Shown here in pieces: positions 60,147 to 64,000 of a stretch of DNA of 64,000 nucleotides. Positions within the stretch are counted from its first letter, which is position 1; the number at the start of each line of letters is the position of its first letter. The stretch comes from Eledone cirrhosa. Its lineage: Eukaryota. The stretch spans positions 122,264,001-122,328,000 of the forward strand of contig OZ024743.1 of assembly GCA_964016885.1 (NCBI GenBank), in the 5' to 3' direction. The translations under genes were made by a program, and so were the position numbers. The notes beneath the pieces were generated by a model. That model saw only the letters and a program-made list of their open reading frames with translations. It was not told where the DNA came from and searched no databases.

Positions 60147-60250
60147 TACACACACAGAAATGTATATATATTTCTGTGTGTATATATATATATTTCTGTG
60201 TGTGTATATATATATTACACACACACAGAAAAATGTATATATGTTTCTGT
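59001..60250. repeat. Palindromic ~50-bp minisatellite, split by an insert (59271-59834)
   Basis: Unit is tacacacacagaaatgtatatatatttctgtgtgtgta(ta)n. Confidence 0.9.
59393..59583 (-). mobile_element. tRNA-derived SINE
   Basis: Reverse complement of the SINE consensus. Confidence 0.9.
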
Positions 60251-61335
60251 AGCACTCCTCAATTCCCCCCTCTCTCCCTCCCGCTATCCCCCTCTTGTAG
60301 TCTGTCTCTTTCTTCTTTCACTCTCACTCTCTCTCTACGCGTCGCGTGCGCAAAAAACATTCGCACGCGCGCACGTGTTTCCACTGTCGGACAGACAGAC
60401 AGAGAAATTGCTGGTTATATATTATAAGGAGATATAGATAATTCAATTGATTCTATTGGAGTTATCTTCCTTACAAATTTCATAGATAATCTCAGTTAAT
60501 CCAAGTTTTTCAACACGCTATATTACACATATGAGATATGTACAGTATTTGTAAACATTCTTAAACCTATATTCTATGTGCTAGCGTACTACTGAACTTA
60601 CTTTAAGAAATCAATATTACCACAATTTTATTTATGTAATTTCATTAATTCAAATGATTGAACTAACGAGTTAATATCGTTTAATCTCTTTTATTCAAAT
60701 TGCAACGCTTCCTGGAGATTACTACAATAAAGTGTGTTTATAACCCACCCCGACTGTCATTGTTATGAGTTAATATTATTCTATTGTCACGTTCGAAATT
60801 TCTTTGTTATTTAATATTGTAAAGAATTTGGTGTAAATTTTCACACAGTATTCATTTCATGATAACGTTATCAATACCTTTACAAGAAATAATTATTTTG
60901 CCTTTCATCTGCATCACACTTGAAGTATTTTTGAATGTAGCTAAACGGCTGCATTGTAATCCAAATTATAATACAATTCAAATTATATTAAATGTAAATT
61001 AGTGGAACAGTGCCGTCAATAATGACGGTAACAACATTGAGCGTATTTAATTTTTTGGAGTCCAGGATTGATATGTCATATATACCAAGATTACTGGATA
61101 TGTAAACAATAATACAAACTGGGAAATTTACGTTTTGATGAATTTATGGTGCACATAAGAGAAACCCTATAGTTTCTGTTGATTACTGACACATGGGAGT
61201 GATATAAATGATAAAAATTATATTTTAATAATTCATAGAAACAAATTGTTTTTATTTAATCAGATAAATATTTAGATAAAATTATATAAAAACTAGACTA
61301 AATGTGAAATGAAACTGAAAGGCCCATATATATAC

Positions 61336-61415
<80 letters not shown>

Positions 61416-61531
61416 TGTCTGCCTCTGTTTTTGTTCCCGTCCAAGTTTTCACTATATATATATATGTGGGTGTCTGTGATCTATATACACTGGTCATACA
61501 CACACACACATATACACGCATATATATAGAT

Positions 61532-61592
<61 letters not shown>

Positions 61593-61719
61593 CACACAAC
61601 ACCACCATCAGCTCTCTCTCTCTCATTCTCCTTCTCTGTCTCCTCTCCTTCTCTCTCTATGTCTCTCTTTCAATCTACTCTCTCACAACCATTATATATA
61701 TATCCCCCTCTCTCTCTCT

Positions 61720-61874
61720 GTTTATGAAGGTACTCGGAAAAACCCCATATCTCGGGAACCCGTGCTCTGATTTACACGAAACTTGTTTTATTCCATTTGT
61801 ATTCACATTTCAGGGGCAACTTCCTTTCAAAGTATTTTCCCATTATGCGTCCTTTTGGCTGTATTACATTACAG

Positions 61875-61926
<52 letters not shown>

Positions 61927-61952
61927 TCACAGAGTTTTAGTAGTATATAGAT
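61720..61952 (-). mobile_element. Non-autonomous Helitron-like 5' portion with (CAAG)n
   Basis: Ends acagac(aagc)n...gttttagtagtatatagata, like the 45812 and 58071 elements. A similar piece lies at 24060-24300. Confidence 0.5.
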
Positions 61953-62384
61953 AATAAATAATTTAATATTTAGTCAAACATAAAAAGAGAAAGTAGTATT
62001 GGAAAGTACCATAAATGCTATAGATAGGGGTGGGAGGGAGAGCAAGGAGTATTAGGCAAAAAAAAAAGGAGGAAGGGGTGAGTGTGACAGTCTCTATACA
62101 TGAGTAGGAGTAAAATTCTGTCAGAATTTATTTCTAGGATATTACAACATAAATGTTCAACATGTCTGTACAAATGACATAGAGTAACTGGAAAAACAAT
62201 TATTTCCAGGCATAAATGCCGGGTTAGACTCGCAAAGCGAATTTCTCATTGTAGCAGCATCACTGTTTGTATGTGTGTGTTTGTGTGCATATGTGTATCT
62301 GTGTGTATCTGTGTGTATCTGTGTGTATGTGTGTATGTTTTAAAATGTTACGGGCGGAGATATATCTAAATACCCATACATACG

Positions 62385-62608
62385 TGGCGTATTATTATGG
62401 TTAATCAGTAGAGCGTCGGACACCATCCTTAGCAGTACAGATTTACGTCCCTTTACGTTCTGAGTTCAAATCCCACCAAGGTTAGCTTTGCCTTTCATCC
62501 TTACAGGGTCGATAAAATAAAGTATCAGTAATGTAGTGGGGCCGATTTAATCGACTTTCCCCTCCCCTTCAAATTGCTGGCCTTGTACTAAATGTAGAAA
62601 CCATTATT
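62385..62608 (+). mobile_element. tRNA-derived SINE, long form
   Basis: B box gagttcaaatccc, central domain and tail. A further partial copy lies at 63015-63092. Confidence 0.88.
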
Positions 62609-63259
62609 CTGGTTGATTTTTTAAAAAGAATATACAAAAAATTGACTTACAAATATCTTCTCTTTTCTGTCTTCGAAGGATACAAAGGAACATTATAGTA
62701 GTTCCAGAATGTTATTGTTAAAGAATCTTATTGAAGAGTCTAAAACCTTTCACAAGTAAAAAAAAAAACAGATACAAGTTTTTCAAGTTGATTTTTATTT
62801 GTTACTGAAGATGAATGTCATAATACTTTATTATCTTATATGACGAATAATAACTACTTTAAAGAATGTTTCGAAATAACTGTTTCAAAAGTATATGAAC
62901 GTCCTAGCACAGAAAATAACTGTAATAACAGTCGACCACTATAAATAATAGTTGAAAAGATCGGGAGACGGAAAAAAGTGGACAGAGCCGCTTTCCTTCT
63001 GTAGGGGGTATTTCTACGGGGGTCGATAAAATAAAGTACCAGTAATGCACTGGGTAATTGCTGGCCTTGTGCCTAAAGTAGAAACAATTATTTAAAGTGA
63101 TAGACTGTTACATATATATTGTGACGCTCATATTCTCCCAACAATTTGTAAGTAAAAAGTTTGTTTATCTTATTTTGTGTGAATTAAGATATGAATTTAG
63201 GGCTTAGAACAATTGCATGAATGTAGTAAATAATGTATGTCATGAAAAAAGAGCTTTAT

Positions 63260-64000
63260 TTAAGAAAAAATGGCATGAATAATCTTGAGACTCTCCTTGA
63301 CGCATCTATTCAATAAAACCGCTGTTGGTATCGTTGACTGCTTTTAATACGGGTCTGAAACGTTGACATGCCCGAATCAGATGATCTTTATCTATTTGGG
63401 ACATTGTGCTAGTCATGGAAGACTTCAGAGATGTTTTAGTGATATGGAGGAATCTCCCTCGACTACGCCCCACACATAGTAGCCAACGGATTTAGGTCTG
63501 GAGAGTTAGGAGGCCATATATTAGTGGTGATAGTGGAAGTTGTAACATCCGTTGTTCGGTCGTCTTGGCCTTATGAGACGACGTAGAGTCTTGTTGGTAT
63601 GTGTATGGTCTTCTTTTGCTCAGGCCCTCTATCCAATGCCTTCCAACCCTCTCCAACACCTTATAGTCAGTAGCAATGACACTTAAGCGGCGAGGAAATA
63701 AGTGAGGAGGCATGACAACTTTCTCGTTGCTCACGATTCCCGGAACAATCACAGTAGCCGGAAACTTTGTGTGCATGACCGTCGGAACGTCTTTAGGGTT
63801 TCCGCATAACTAACTGTCATTCCTTTGGTTGATATTTTGGTTCTGATCAAAGTTTTTCTCATCAGCAAAAAAAACAACAAAAAACAAAAAAATACCCCCC
63901 CCCCCCCCCCAACAAAACAAACCATTCCAGATGTTTCAACTTGCTCAACAAGTGCTTTGCGCAGATCAGATGACTATCTTTTGTTTTTGCAGACATGAAT
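63260..64000 (-). mobile_element. Tc1/mariner-superfamily (maT/DD37D-like) transposase pseudogene, running off the window edge
   Basis: DEKNFDQ, HTKFPATV, VMPPH, YQQDSTSSHKAK and WPPNSPDLNPL-YYVWG. Confidence 0.88.

Noticed and set aside
59001-60250. CRISPR-like palindromic repeats
   Set aside because: There are no unique spacers and no cas genes, and the context is eukaryotic.

Overview
This is AT-rich, microsatellite-saturated animal DNA, intergenic or intronic. The SINE and LINE repertoire looks like a coleoid cephalopod such as octopus (inference). I found no host protein-coding exon, rRNA, true tRNA or CRISPR, and most ORFs in the supplied track are read-throughs of (TA)n, (CA)n, (GA)n or (TACA)n tracts. 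The window is a mosaic of mobile-element remnants: a near-full-length R4/Dong-like RLE LINE, a 5'-truncated Tx1/L1 LINE with an open ORF2, RTE and CR1-group fragments, several GIY-YIG Penelope-like element (PLE) remnants, mariner/maT transposase relics, Helitron pieces and about 10 copies of a tRNA-derived SINE. The main hidden structure is about 20 type-I hammerhead ribozyme (HHR) motifs, read by eye. They sit in short PLE-derived units embedded in (TA)n tracts, and most of those units are fold-back (inverted) duplications. Several HHRs carry an unusual 50-85 nt stem II. One subfamily has covarying helices around a conserved AGUC/(C/U)GAG internal loop. Coordinates were counted by hand and may be off by a few nt.
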